A DNA stretch of 64,000 bases from Armatimonadota bacterium. GTDB taxonomy: Bacteria > Armatimonadota > UBA10988. Under the pieces are notes generated by a model. The model made no database searches. It saw only the letters and a program-made list of their open reading frames with translations, and had not been told where the DNA came from. Shown piece by piece: positions 54,662 through 62,926 of the stretch. The DNA is taken from positions 1 through 64,000 of the forward strand of contig JACRKZ010000102.1 of assembly GCA_016235455.1 (NCBI GenBank), given 5' to 3'. The number at the start of each line of letters is the position of its first letter. Positions within the stretch are counted from its first letter, which is position 1. The translations under genes and the position numbers were made by a program.

Positions 54662-57624
54662 ACCCCATTCCGCCAACCCCCTGGCACGCCGCCTCGTTTG
54701 ACCACTGCCTGCGCGGCAGCCTCCCGCGGCTTCTTGCCGAGCGACTGCCGTTGAGCGGTTACCACGTCGCGCCCGGCGAGGACGGCCAGGTGCGCGTGAC
54801 GGTGACCGTCGACGCGGCCGCCGCCGTCTACCACCTGCCGGCGCCCACGCCGGACGGCGTTTTCCACACGCCGCGCGGACCGCGCGTGGTCACGCCGTTG
54901 GTGGCCCATGACGATCTGGCCACGGCGGCGGTGGCCTGCGTGGGCGAGCAGTTGGCCACCATCGTCGAAACGCGCCTGGGCGTCGCGCCGGCCGACATCC
55001 CCTGGGACGAGGCGCTGCTGCGCGCCTGGCTGCCGCTGGACGGTTGGCTGGCCGAGTTGCTGGCCACCGCCGCGCCGCTGGACGAGCGCAATCTGCTGGC
55101 CCGCCTGACGCATCTGCGGCGCATCCGCGTGACCGCCATCGGGCCCGACGGACCGATCCTGCTGCCCGGTCACTGGGGCCGGGTCTGTCCCGTGGAGTCG
55201 CCCGAGGGCGAGAACCTGGGCCGGGTGCTGGTGCTGGCGCGCGGCGCCGGCATCGCCCACGGCCGTATCCTGCCCGCCGGCGCCGAGCCCGCGGAGCAGC
55301 TCGGACCTGGCGCGGCCTGCATCCCGTTCCTGCATCACGACGACGGCGTACGCGCGCTGATGGGCGCCAACATGATGCGCCAGTGGCTGCCACCCGAGGC
55401 GCCGGAGCCGGCGCTGGTGGTCACCGGCCTGGAGCCCGGTGAGCCGGCGCTGTGGTGCGGGCGCAACCTGCTCACCGGCTACCTGGATGTGGGCGCCGAC
55501 ACCCACGAGGATGCGCTGGTGGTCAGTGCCTCGGCCGCCTCCCGCCTGGGCCAGCAGGCGCCGCTGGAGCCCGGTGACAAGCTCAGCAACCGCCACGGCC
55601 AGAAAGGCGTGGTCAGCGCGATCTGGCCCGACGCGGCCATGCCGCGGCTGGCCGACGGCACGCCACTCGACCTCGTCGTCAGCCATCTCGGCGTGCAGAC
55701 CAGGCTCAACCTCGGCCAACTGCTGGAGGCCGTCGCCGGCCGGCTGGCCCGCGCGGAAGGCCAGGCCGTGGCAGCGCCACCCTACAGCGGGCCGAGCGTC
55801 GACGACCTGCGCCAGCGGCTGCGCGCCGCAGGCCTGCCCGAGGACGGCATGGAGCGGCTGAGCCTCGACGGCGCGGCGCTGGAACTGCCGTCGACGGTCG
55901 GCTACGTGTACTGGGGCAAGCTCTACTTGCGCGCGGCGCCGGCCCTGCACAGCCAGCCCGCGGGCCATGCCGGCGAGCGCATGGGGTGGCTGGACCACGC
56001 TTGCGTGCGCGAGAGCGGCTGCCGCGCCATCCCGGCCGAATGGGGCGGTCTGGGCTCGGTGGCACGGCTGGCACCGGGCGAACTCGCCGAGCTGCTGGCC
56101 GCCGGCGAGCCGCCACCACTGGGTCCGCCGACGCCCTGGCTGGCGGCGCTGACGCGGCGCCTGGCGGTGCTCGGCATCGGCGTCGAGATCGACAGTGCCG
56201 GCCTGCATTTCGGGCTGCGTGAGCCGGACGACGCGCTGGAACTGGCCGAGCCGGTGCCGCATCCGTGGCACCGCGACCTGCTGCTGACCCGCCTGGGGCC
56301 ATGGAGCGGCGACGCCTGGGAGGCCACCCTGGCCGCTAACGCCAGGTTGGCCCGGCTGCGGGCCGAGGCCGCGCCCGACGCCTTGCTGCAGCCCGCGCGC
56401 GGCGCGCTGGCCAGCGCCATCGAGGCGCTGGCGCGGCGGCTGGTGCGCCGCGAGCACCTGTGCGCCGGCGACCGCGTGGCCTACAGCGGTCGTGCGGTCA
56501 TCGCGCCCGGCGGCGACCTGTGCTGGGACCAGGTCGGCCTGCCGCGCGACCTGGCGGAGCCGTTGTTCGCGCCGCTGCTGGCCCGGAGCGGCGAGACGGA
56601 CTTGGCGGCGGTGATGGCGCGGCACTGGCTGTTGGTGACCCGCGCGCCGGCCGTGGCGGCCTCCGCTCATGTGGCGCTGCGGCCGGTGCTGGTGCCCGAC
56701 CGCGTCATCCGGCTGCATGCGCTGACGCTGATGATGCTCAACGCCGACTTTGACGGTGATCAGGTGGCGGTGATGCTGCCGCTCACCGCCGCCACGCAGG
56801 CCGAGGCGGCGCAGCGGCTGAGCATCGGCGCCCACCTGGAGCGCGATTCAGGCTTGCTGGGCTCGCTGCTGCCGCCCATGTCGGCACGCTGGGGCCTGGC
56901 CTGGCTCAGCCTGACCACCGCCGGCCGGCAGCAGATCGCCCACCTGCTGGGCTTCGAGCTGCCCGACGATGGCCACTTGACCCGCGCCGGCCTGCTGGAA
57001 GCCGCGGCGCAGATACGGCTGCGCGACGGCGTGGACGGCCTGATGGGCACTCTCGACGCGTTGACCCGGCTGGGCTTCGCCGCGGCCCGGCGTAGCGGCG
57101 CGTCGCTGGCGCCGTTCGCCGGCACCACGCGCGCCCTGCCGCCGCAGCCGCAAGACGATGATCGCGTGGCCTGGGCGGCCTACGCCGAGCAACTCGTCGA
57201 GTGCCTGCGGGCCGTGGAGGACTATGCCAACCCCGACCTCGGGCCGCAGATCCTCGCCGTCAAGTCCGGCGCGCGCGGTACGTGGCGCTTCTTCGAGCGG
57301 ATGCTCGGCGGCCAGCTCCTACCCGATGGCGCGGCCGGGCTGACCCCGCAGAGGCATTCGCAGATCGAGGGCCTGAGCCCCGAGGAGTACCGCCTGCGCC
57401 TGCACTCTGGCCGTAGCGCGCTGGCCATGTGGCTCCAGAGCTGGACGGCCACCTGCACCAGCATCCGCGAGGGCGCCGGCCCGCATGGCTTCGGCGTGCT
57501 GGCGCGCGCCTGCCACTCGGCGCAGCCGGGCGTCATCTTCGCCCGCGCCGCGCTCACCGGCGAGTGCGACCCCCTGGCTGACGCCGCCAGCCGCCTGTTC
57601 GTCGGCGTCGCGGACCGCGGGTAG
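54658..57624 (+). CDS. Single-chain miniature DNA-directed RNA polymerase-like protein (trimmed RpoB-RpoC fusion)
   Basis: Beta motifs HWGRVCPVESPEG, IPFLHHDD..RALMGANMMRQ, HEDALVVS, GDKLSNRHGQKG, TVGYVY; beta' motifs RVAYSGRAVI, RAP, NADFDGDQ, SGARG, EGLSPEEY; all in canonical order. Confidence 0.93.
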   Translation: MNPIPPTPWHAASFDHCLRGSLPRLLAERLPLSGYHVAPGEDGQVRVTVTVDAAAAVYHLPAPTPDGVFHTPRGPRVVTPLVAHDDLATAAVACVGEQLATIVETRLGVAPADIPWDEALLRAWLPLDGWLAELLATAAPLDERNLLARLTHLRRIRVTAIGPDGPILLPGHWGRVCPVESPEGENLGRVLVLARGAGIAHGRILPAGAEPAEQLGPGAACIPFLHHDDGVRALMGANMMRQWLPPEAPEPALVVTGLEPGEPALWCGRNLLTGYLDVGADTHEDALVVSASAASRLGQQAPLEPGDKLSNRHGQKGVVSAIWPDAAMPRLADGTPLDLVVSHLGVQTRLNLGQLLEAVAGRLARAEGQAVAAPPYSGPSVDDLRQRLRAAGLPEDGMERLSLDGAALELPSTVGYVYWGKLYLRAAPALHSQPAGHAGERMGWLDHACVRESGCRAIPAEWGGLGSVARLAPGELAELLAAGEPPPLGPPTPWLAALTRRLAVLGIGVEIDSAGLHFGLREPDDALELAEPVPHPWHRDLLLTRLGPWSGDAWEATLAANARLARLRAEAAPDALLQPARGALASAIEALARRLVRREHLCAGDRVAYSGRAVIAPGGDLCWDQVGLPRDLAEPLFAPLLARSGETDLAAVMARHWLLVTRAPAVAASAHVALRPVLVPDRVIRLHALTLMMLNADFDGDQVAVMLPLTAATQAEAAQRLSIGAHLERDSGLLGSLLPPMSARWGLAWLSLTTAGRQQIAHLLGFELPDDGHLTRAGLLEAAAQIRLRDGVDGLMGTLDALTRLGFAAARRSGASLAPFAGTTRALPPQPQDDDRVAWAAYAEQLVECLRAVEDYANPDLGPQILAVKSGARGTWRFFERMLGGQLLPDGAAGLTPQRHSQIEGLSPEEYRLRLHSGRSALAMWLQSWTATCTSIREGAGPHGFGVLARACHSAQPGVIFARAALTGECDPLADAASRLFVGVADRG

Positions 57625-57638
57625 TCATGCCTGAATCA

Positions 57639-57718
57639 GATCCACAGATTACGCAGGTTGCACAGACTGCTCAGAGGCCAGTCCGAGCGATCTGTGTCAT
57701 CTGTGTGATCTGTGGATC
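57639..57718. repeat. REP-like palindrome (CACAGAT family), possible bidirectional terminator
   Basis: gatccacagattacgcaggttgcacagac...atctgtgtcatctgtgtgatctgtggatc between convergent genes. Confidence 0.8.
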
Positions 57719-57731
57719 CTCAGGGAGATGG

Positions 57732-58781
57732 CTAGCGATTGGCGCACCAGGTGCGCAGTGTGGCCAGGATGCGCCGTGCGTCGTCCAGTGGGCGGCCGCC
57801 CATGTTGAACAGGAACCGCGTGTCGGGCCGCGCCAGGTCGAGCATTTCGCGCACGCCGGCCTCGTCGCGCCAGGCGACCATGTGCACCGTCTCGCCGGCG
57901 AACAGATCGAGCGCGGGCTTGGGGCCGGGCGGATACTGGAACACGCGGTTGAGCCCGCGCAGCCGCGGCACCCGCGCGAACAGCGGGTAGTGCGCGTCGG
58001 CCCGAGCGCAGCAGTGCATCCACATGCCGCCGTAGCGCTCGCTCATGGCCACCAGGCTGGGCAGGCAGAACTGCTCGAACATGGCCGGCGACAGGCTGCC
58101 CGTTTCGTCCTCGGACAGTGAGCAGCCCAGCGCCGGCGGCCCGTAGGCGGCGCCGGGGCAATGGATGGCGTTGTGGCCAGGGAACGCGCGGCGGAAGTCG
58201 TCGAGGAAGCCGGTGAGCAGCGCGTAGGTCTTGTCCACCAGTGCCAGCACCGCCTCGGGCGTGTCCACCATGGCGATGAACATCTCCTCCTTGTTCCAGA
58301 TCAGCGCGGCAATGTCGAACGGACTCTGGATGTCCGGGCCGGTGATCGGCGCGTCAGGCCCCAGTTCGGCCTGCACCAGCTCCGCCAGCTCCCACCAGCG
58401 CGCCAACCCGCGACCGGCCGACCAGTCGGGCGTCGGCAAGGCATCGGCCTCGGCGGCGGCATGCACGAACGGCAGCGCGGCGGCGTTCGAATCCCGGAAC
58501 GGCACCACGCGGCAGCCAAAGGCCTCGGCGAAAACGCCGGTGTGCGTGGTCATCGGCGCCACCGGCACGGTGTCGCAGCCCAGCGCCTCGGTCTGCGCCA
58601 GCCAGGCGCGGTACTGAGCAACGATGCCCGGCACCCAATCGCTCACCGGCCGGTCGGACACCGTCACATCGCCCGGGCTGTCGACGAGGCCGGGCGGATC
58701 GAAGGTGATGGCATGGCCGGGGAATGGGCCGCTGAACAGATCGATCTGGTACTGACGATTGCGCGCAATGCGATCGGGCAT
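57732..58781 (-). CDS. URO-D/corrinoid methyltransferase-like family protein
   Basis: AEAFGC, PDIQSPFDIAALIW, SEDE..LSPAMFEQFCLP, MHCC. Confidence 0.8.
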   Translation of the reverse strand: MPDRIARNRQYQIDLFSGPFPGHAITFDPPGLVDSPGDVTVSDRPVSDWVPGIVAQYRAWLAQTEALGCDTVPVAPMTTHTGVFAEAFGCRVVPFRDSNAAALPFVHAAAEADALPTPDWSAGRGLARWWELAELVQAELGPDAPITGPDIQSPFDIAALIWNKEEMFIAMVDTPEAVLALVDKTYALLTGFLDDFRRAFPGHNAIHCPGAAYGPPALGCSLSEDETGSLSPAMFEQFCLPSLVAMSERYGGMWMHCCARADAHYPLFARVPRLRGLNRVFQYPPGPKPALDLFAGETVHMVAWRDEAGVREMLDLARPDTRFLFNMGGRPLDDARRILATLRTWCANR

Positions 58782-58857
58782 GGCCGACCTCCCAGCCGCG
58801 TAGCATAGCGCGTTTGGGGCGCGGTTAGGTACAATCCCCCGACTGGGAGCCTGTGCC

Positions 58858-59892
58858 ATGGCCGCTCGCTGGCTGCGCTGTCTGTTGTTGGTCCTGCCCC
58901 TCGCCGCCGGAGCCGCTCCGGCTCGCACCGAGCATGTCAGCGATGGCGCCGAACTGATGGCCGCCGTGGCGCGCGGTGGCGGCGAACGCAGCATCGTGCT
59001 CGACGCGGGTACCTATGAGATAAGTGGGACTCTGAGCTTCGAGCGCGTGAACCAGGTAAGCGTGCTGGGCAGCGGCTGGAATACGGTCATTCGCAAGACC
59101 GGGCCCGGCCCGGCCATGGCCTTCGCCGACTGCGGCTTCTGCCTGGTGCGCGACCTGCTGATCGTCGGTGACGGCAAGGCTCAGGCCGGCATCGTCTTTG
59201 GCGGCCAGAGCAGCTCCAACACCGTCGACAAGTGCCGACTGGCCGACTTCCTGCTGAGCGGCATCCGCTTCCAGGGCGAGGCCGCCCGCCCCATGTCGTC
59301 CAACGTGGTGCGCGACTGCCACTTCGTCGACAACGCTGCCGCGCAGCTCTACAGCGAGTACAACAACGACTACGCGATCAGCGGCTGCCAGTTTGGCGCG
59401 CACCACTCGACCCCCGCCGCCGGCGCGCAGTTGTTGCACTCGTCGGCCGGCAACTACACCGGTAACTTCCATTGGGGCAACCAGAACGCGCTACTGCTGG
59501 GGCCCGGCAGCAACTTCAACCGCATCCAGGCCAACCGCCTGGAGGAGAGCCAGCGCGAGGCGCTGATCATCGGCTCACCCGAGCCCAGCCCCGCCTGGTC
59601 GGGTCATTGCAGCCTGAACATCATCACGGGCAACACCTTCCACACCAACTCCAAGCAAGAGAAGGGCCGCTACGACGCCATCGCCGCCTACGACGCGGTG
59701 GACACGACGTTCACCTCGAACCAGGTGTTCTCGTGGGACTCCGACCACTTCCGCCACCGCGCGGCGTTGGCGCTGGGTCGCGGCTGTGGCACGTGGATCG
59801 TCCGGGACAACATCCTGCGGCACCACACCGGGCCGGCGCTCGTGTTCGATGCCGGTTCGGGGCATCTGGTGAAGGACAACCTGGGCCAGTAG
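58858..59892 (+). CDS. Secreted right-handed beta-helix protein
   Basis: Signal peptide, AGTYEI, LGSGWNTVI, Asn-ladder repeats. Confidence 0.8.
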   Translation: MAARWLRCLLLVLPLAAGAAPARTEHVSDGAELMAAVARGGGERSIVLDAGTYEISGTLSFERVNQVSVLGSGWNTVIRKTGPGPAMAFADCGFCLVRDLLIVGDGKAQAGIVFGGQSSSNTVDKCRLADFLLSGIRFQGEAARPMSSNVVRDCHFVDNAAAQLYSEYNNDYAISGCQFGAHHSTPAAGAQLLHSSAGNYTGNFHWGNQNALLLGPGSNFNRIQANRLEESQREALIIGSPEPSPAWSGHCSLNIITGNTFHTNSKQEKGRYDAIAAYDAVDTTFTSNQVFSWDSDHFRHRAALALGRGCGTWIVRDNILRHHTGPALVFDAGSGHLVKDNLGQ

Positions 59893-60142
59893 GCGGGGGA
59901 ACCAGCTCGATCACGCTGGATTGCCACGGGCCGGCTATGCCTTGAGGGCGCCGCCACGGGCTCCATGTTCCTGTCAAGGCGATTCCGCTCGCGAACGAGC
60001 GCCCGCTGACGATCGCCGCGCCCGGTCGAGTCCTCGTATTGCGACATTGTGATCTCCTTCGGTTTACTCCCGGGGGTATTCAGGGTATGAAGCGAAAATA
60101 GACCAGGCGTGTCCGATTATGCGGCGCGCCCCGGAGGACGAT

Positions 60143-61399
60143 ATGGAACTTCGCGGATCCGTGTCAGGACGAGGGCGTACCCTCACTGCTCGACCAACGA
60201 CGGTGGTGCTGGGGCTGATGGTGGGTGTGCTGCCCTGGCTGACCAGCTGCGGTAGCGCCAGCGATGCCGGTGGCAACCCACTGGCCGCGGCCGGCCCGAC
60301 GAGTGAAGGCGGCCGGGCGGTCGCCTCGAACCCGTATGTGGTCATCGGCTGGAACGATCTGGGCATGCACTGCATGAACCAGGACTTCTCGAATCTGATG
60401 ATCCTGCCGCCGTACAACACACTGCACGCGCAGGTCATCCGGCGCGGTGAGGAGCCGCAGATCGTCAGCAGCGGCGTGACGGTGAACTACAGCGTGCCGG
60501 GCAACACGCGCTCGAGTACCAAGACGAACTTCTGGCAGTACGCCAAGGCCCTGACCGGCCTGACCTTGGCCAACGATGTCGGCTTGACGGGCCACCGGCT
60601 GGCCGGGACCATGACCGCGACGAGCAATCGAGACTGGAGCGTGACCGGCGTGCCCATCACTCCGGTGACCGATGTGGGCGCGCTGAACGCCTACCAGATG
60701 GCCAGCATCAGTGTGGCTAGCCGGGGTACCACGGTGGCCAACACACAGGCGGTGATACCAGTCTCGTGGGAGATAAGCTGCAATCTGTGTCACAACACGC
60801 CGGGCATCTCGCCCGATGTGGACATCCTGCGCAAGCACGACAGCCTGCACGGCACCCAACTGGTCAAGCAGCGGCCGGTGAACTGCGCCAAGTGCCATGC
60901 CGAGCCGAACCTGGGCTCGACCGGCGCGCCTGGCGTCAAGAGCCTGTCGGCCGCCATGCACGGCTCACACGCCAAGCGCATGGCCTCCGCCAAGCTGACC
61001 AACGAATGCTACGCCTGTCACCCTGGCGTCAAGACCAACTGCCAGCGTGACGTGCACAAAGCCAAGGGCATCACCTGCACCGCCTGCCACGGCTCCATGG
61101 CCACGGTGGCCGCGCCGAGTAGGCGCCCGTGGGTCGATGAGCCGAGCTGCGGCAGCTGCCACAAGCGCGCCGGGTTCGAGTTCGAGCAGCCTGGCAAGCT
61201 GTTCCGCGACAGCAAGGGCCATCATGGGGTCCAGTGCGCGGCTTGCCACGGCAGCCCGCACGCCGTCGGGCCCGCTGTGAACGCGGCCGACAACGCCCAG
61301 GCCATCGCCCTGCAAGGTCATGCCGGCCCGATCGACACCTGCACGGTCTGCCACACCAAGCGGCCGGACGAGGCGTTCGAGCATCGGCTCGACGACTGA
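60143..61399 (+). CDS. Multiheme cytochrome c lipoprotein (7 CxxCH)
   Basis: Lipobox LTSC; GWNDLGMHC N-terminal domain; CNLCH, CAKCH, CYACH, CTACH, CGSCH, CAACH, CTVCH. Confidence 0.92.
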   Translation: MELRGSVSGRGRTLTARPTTVVLGLMVGVLPWLTSCGSASDAGGNPLAAAGPTSEGGRAVASNPYVVIGWNDLGMHCMNQDFSNLMILPPYNTLHAQVIRRGEEPQIVSSGVTVNYSVPGNTRSSTKTNFWQYAKALTGLTLANDVGLTGHRLAGTMTATSNRDWSVTGVPITPVTDVGALNAYQMASISVASRGTTVANTQAVIPVSWEISCNLCHNTPGISPDVDILRKHDSLHGTQLVKQRPVNCAKCHAEPNLGSTGAPGVKSLSAAMHGSHAKRMASAKLTNECYACHPGVKTNCQRDVHKAKGITCTACHGSMATVAAPSRRPWVDEPSCGSCHKRAGFEFEQPGKLFRDSKGHHGVQCAACHGSPHAVGPAVNAADNAQAIALQGHAGPIDTCTVCHTKRPDEAFEHRLDD

Positions 61400-61411
61400 C
61401 GCAATAGCTCA

Positions 61412-61485
61412 TCACCGAGCGCACGGGGAGCACAGGGATCGGCCCGTTCCGGGTTCGCGCCCTGTGCTCTCTGTGTGCTTGGTGA
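61412..61485. repeat. REP-like palindrome / terminator between convergent genes
   Basis: tcaccgagcgcacggggagcacaggg...ccctgtgctctctgtgtgcttggtga. Confidence 0.65.
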
Positions 61486-61502
61486 CGATGCGGCGGCGCG
61501 CA

Positions 61503-62786
61503 CTAAGCCGACGGGTCGGCCACGCGGCCCAGGAACAGCACCGCGCCGGTGGGCCGGTCGCGCAGCACCAGCAGGAACGGCCGGTCGATGGTCAGCGTGA
61601 CGTGGTCACCGGGTGCCGAGGTGGCGCCGATGACCACCGCCGTGGCCGCGGCGGCTTCGGTGCCGGTCTCGTCGATACGCACGTACGCCTTGTGCAGCAC
61701 ATCGCTGATGGCCAGGTCGCGCCGGCCGTCGATGCCGCTCAGGTCGGCCAGGGATCCGTCGAAGGCGTCGGTCATGCCCAGCGACTGGAGCGCGGCACTG
61801 AGCGGCAGGCTGCTCTCCACCTTGAACTTGGGTAGCGCCAACGAGACGTCGGTGTTTCTCAACCCACCGAGGATCGCCGTCAGCCGCGCCGCGTCGAGCG
61901 CGTTCTCCACCGCGGCGAAGCGGCCGGCGTCGGGCACGAGCAGCAGCAAGGACAACTGCTCGCCGGCGTAGGGCAGTTCCACCGCGCGCCAGCCGTCGCC
62001 GGCCGCATACGGCAGGGCTTGGCGCTGGTTCATGAACGTCACGGTGACGCTGACGCCAGCCAGCGTGGTGAAGGAGCGGTCGGCGGTCTGCGCCACCTCG
62101 AACGGCGTGGCCCAGGGCGCCAGGAAGTAGATGGCGTTGGTCAGCACCAGCCGCGTCAGCGTCGTCACCGCGCCCGGCGGCAGGAGATTGTTGATGCGGT
62201 CGGCGGTCTGGTCGCTGACCCACTGGTTGATGGTGCCGCGCGCCGCCTCGGCGTTGGCCTGGTAGTCCACCACCCTCATGCCCGCGCCGTAGTTGACCGC
62301 CAGCGTGTCCAGGAAGGCCGACTGGAACGTCTCGCCGCGCTGGCCCCAGATGGCGTTGGCCACGCGCAGCCGGAAGCCCTGGTTGCCGTTTTGCCCCGCC
62401 TCGCGCGCGGCCAGCGCCAGGTCGAGCGCGTCGAACGCCGGGTGCAGCCGCGCCGCGGGCAGGTCGTAGCCGAGCGCGGCGGCCATCTGCGTCGCGGTGT
62501 TGCCAGCGGCGCCGGCATAGGCCATGGCCAAGGCCAGCGACACGCTGTAGGGTGAGAAGAAGAGGTTGCCCGAGCGGCTCTGGGTGCCATACAGGTTGAG
62601 TGCAAAGCGCGTGTTGCCCGCCACCAGCGCGGCCAGATCGCCAGCGGGCACAACGGGTGACGTGTTGCGCGGCAGATCCGAGGCGATGCGCGACGAGTCG
62701 CCCGACTTGCCGCTCGAGCCGCAGCCGCCCAAAGCGGCATAGCCGGATGCCAGCGCCAGCATCCGCAGGAGAGAACGCCTGTCCAT
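61503..62786 (-). CDS. Serpin (serine protease inhibitor), Tat lipoprotein
   Basis: MDRR leader and LGGC; NLFFSPYS, INQWV, LVLTNAIYF, LPKF, hinge DETGTEAAAATA, DRPFL, LFLGRV. Confidence 0.96.
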   Translation of the reverse strand: MDRRSLLRMLALASGYAALGGCGSSGKSGDSSRIASDLPRNTSPVVPAGDLAALVAGNTRFALNLYGTQSRSGNLFFSPYSVSLALAMAYAGAAGNTATQMAAALGYDLPAARLHPAFDALDLALAAREAGQNGNQGFRLRVANAIWGQRGETFQSAFLDTLAVNYGAGMRVVDYQANAEAARGTINQWVSDQTADRINNLLPPGAVTTLTRLVLTNAIYFLAPWATPFEVAQTADRSFTTLAGVSVTVTFMNQRQALPYAAGDGWRAVELPYAGEQLSLLLLVPDAGRFAAVENALDAARLTAILGGLRNTDVSLALPKFKVESSLPLSAALQSLGMTDAFDGSLADLSGIDGRRDLAISDVLHKAYVRIDETGTEAAAATAVVIGATSAPGDHVTLTIDRPFLLVLRDRPTGAVLFLGRVADPSA

Positions 62787-62926
62787 GATCGACTCCCGCC
62801 AGATAGGATGCCACTGCAACGCGGCGACGGCCATGGGTGTTCAAGACGATGGTACGCGCCACGGGGCGATTATCCTCAGAGAACAGTAGTCGCCCCTCTG
62901 ACTTCCCGGGGTAATCGCTGTCCGCC

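Noticed and set aside
54658-57624. Housekeeping rpoB/rpoC or a decayed pseudogene of them
   Set aside because: The protein is about a third of the expected size with no ribosomal-protein context. It has no stops or frameshifts, the deletions are domain-precise and the catalytic motifs are intact, which argues against random decay.
57627-58121. ORF with QITQ/ICVICVICG motif (also at 37833-38594)
   Set aside because: This is just the translation of the CACAGAT palindromic repeat, not a metal-binding protein.
51227-59892. Prophage origin for the polymerase (YonO-like)
   Set aside because: Flanks are carbohydrate and URO-D genes; no integrase, structural or replication genes; motifs are much closer to cellular RpoB/RpoC.
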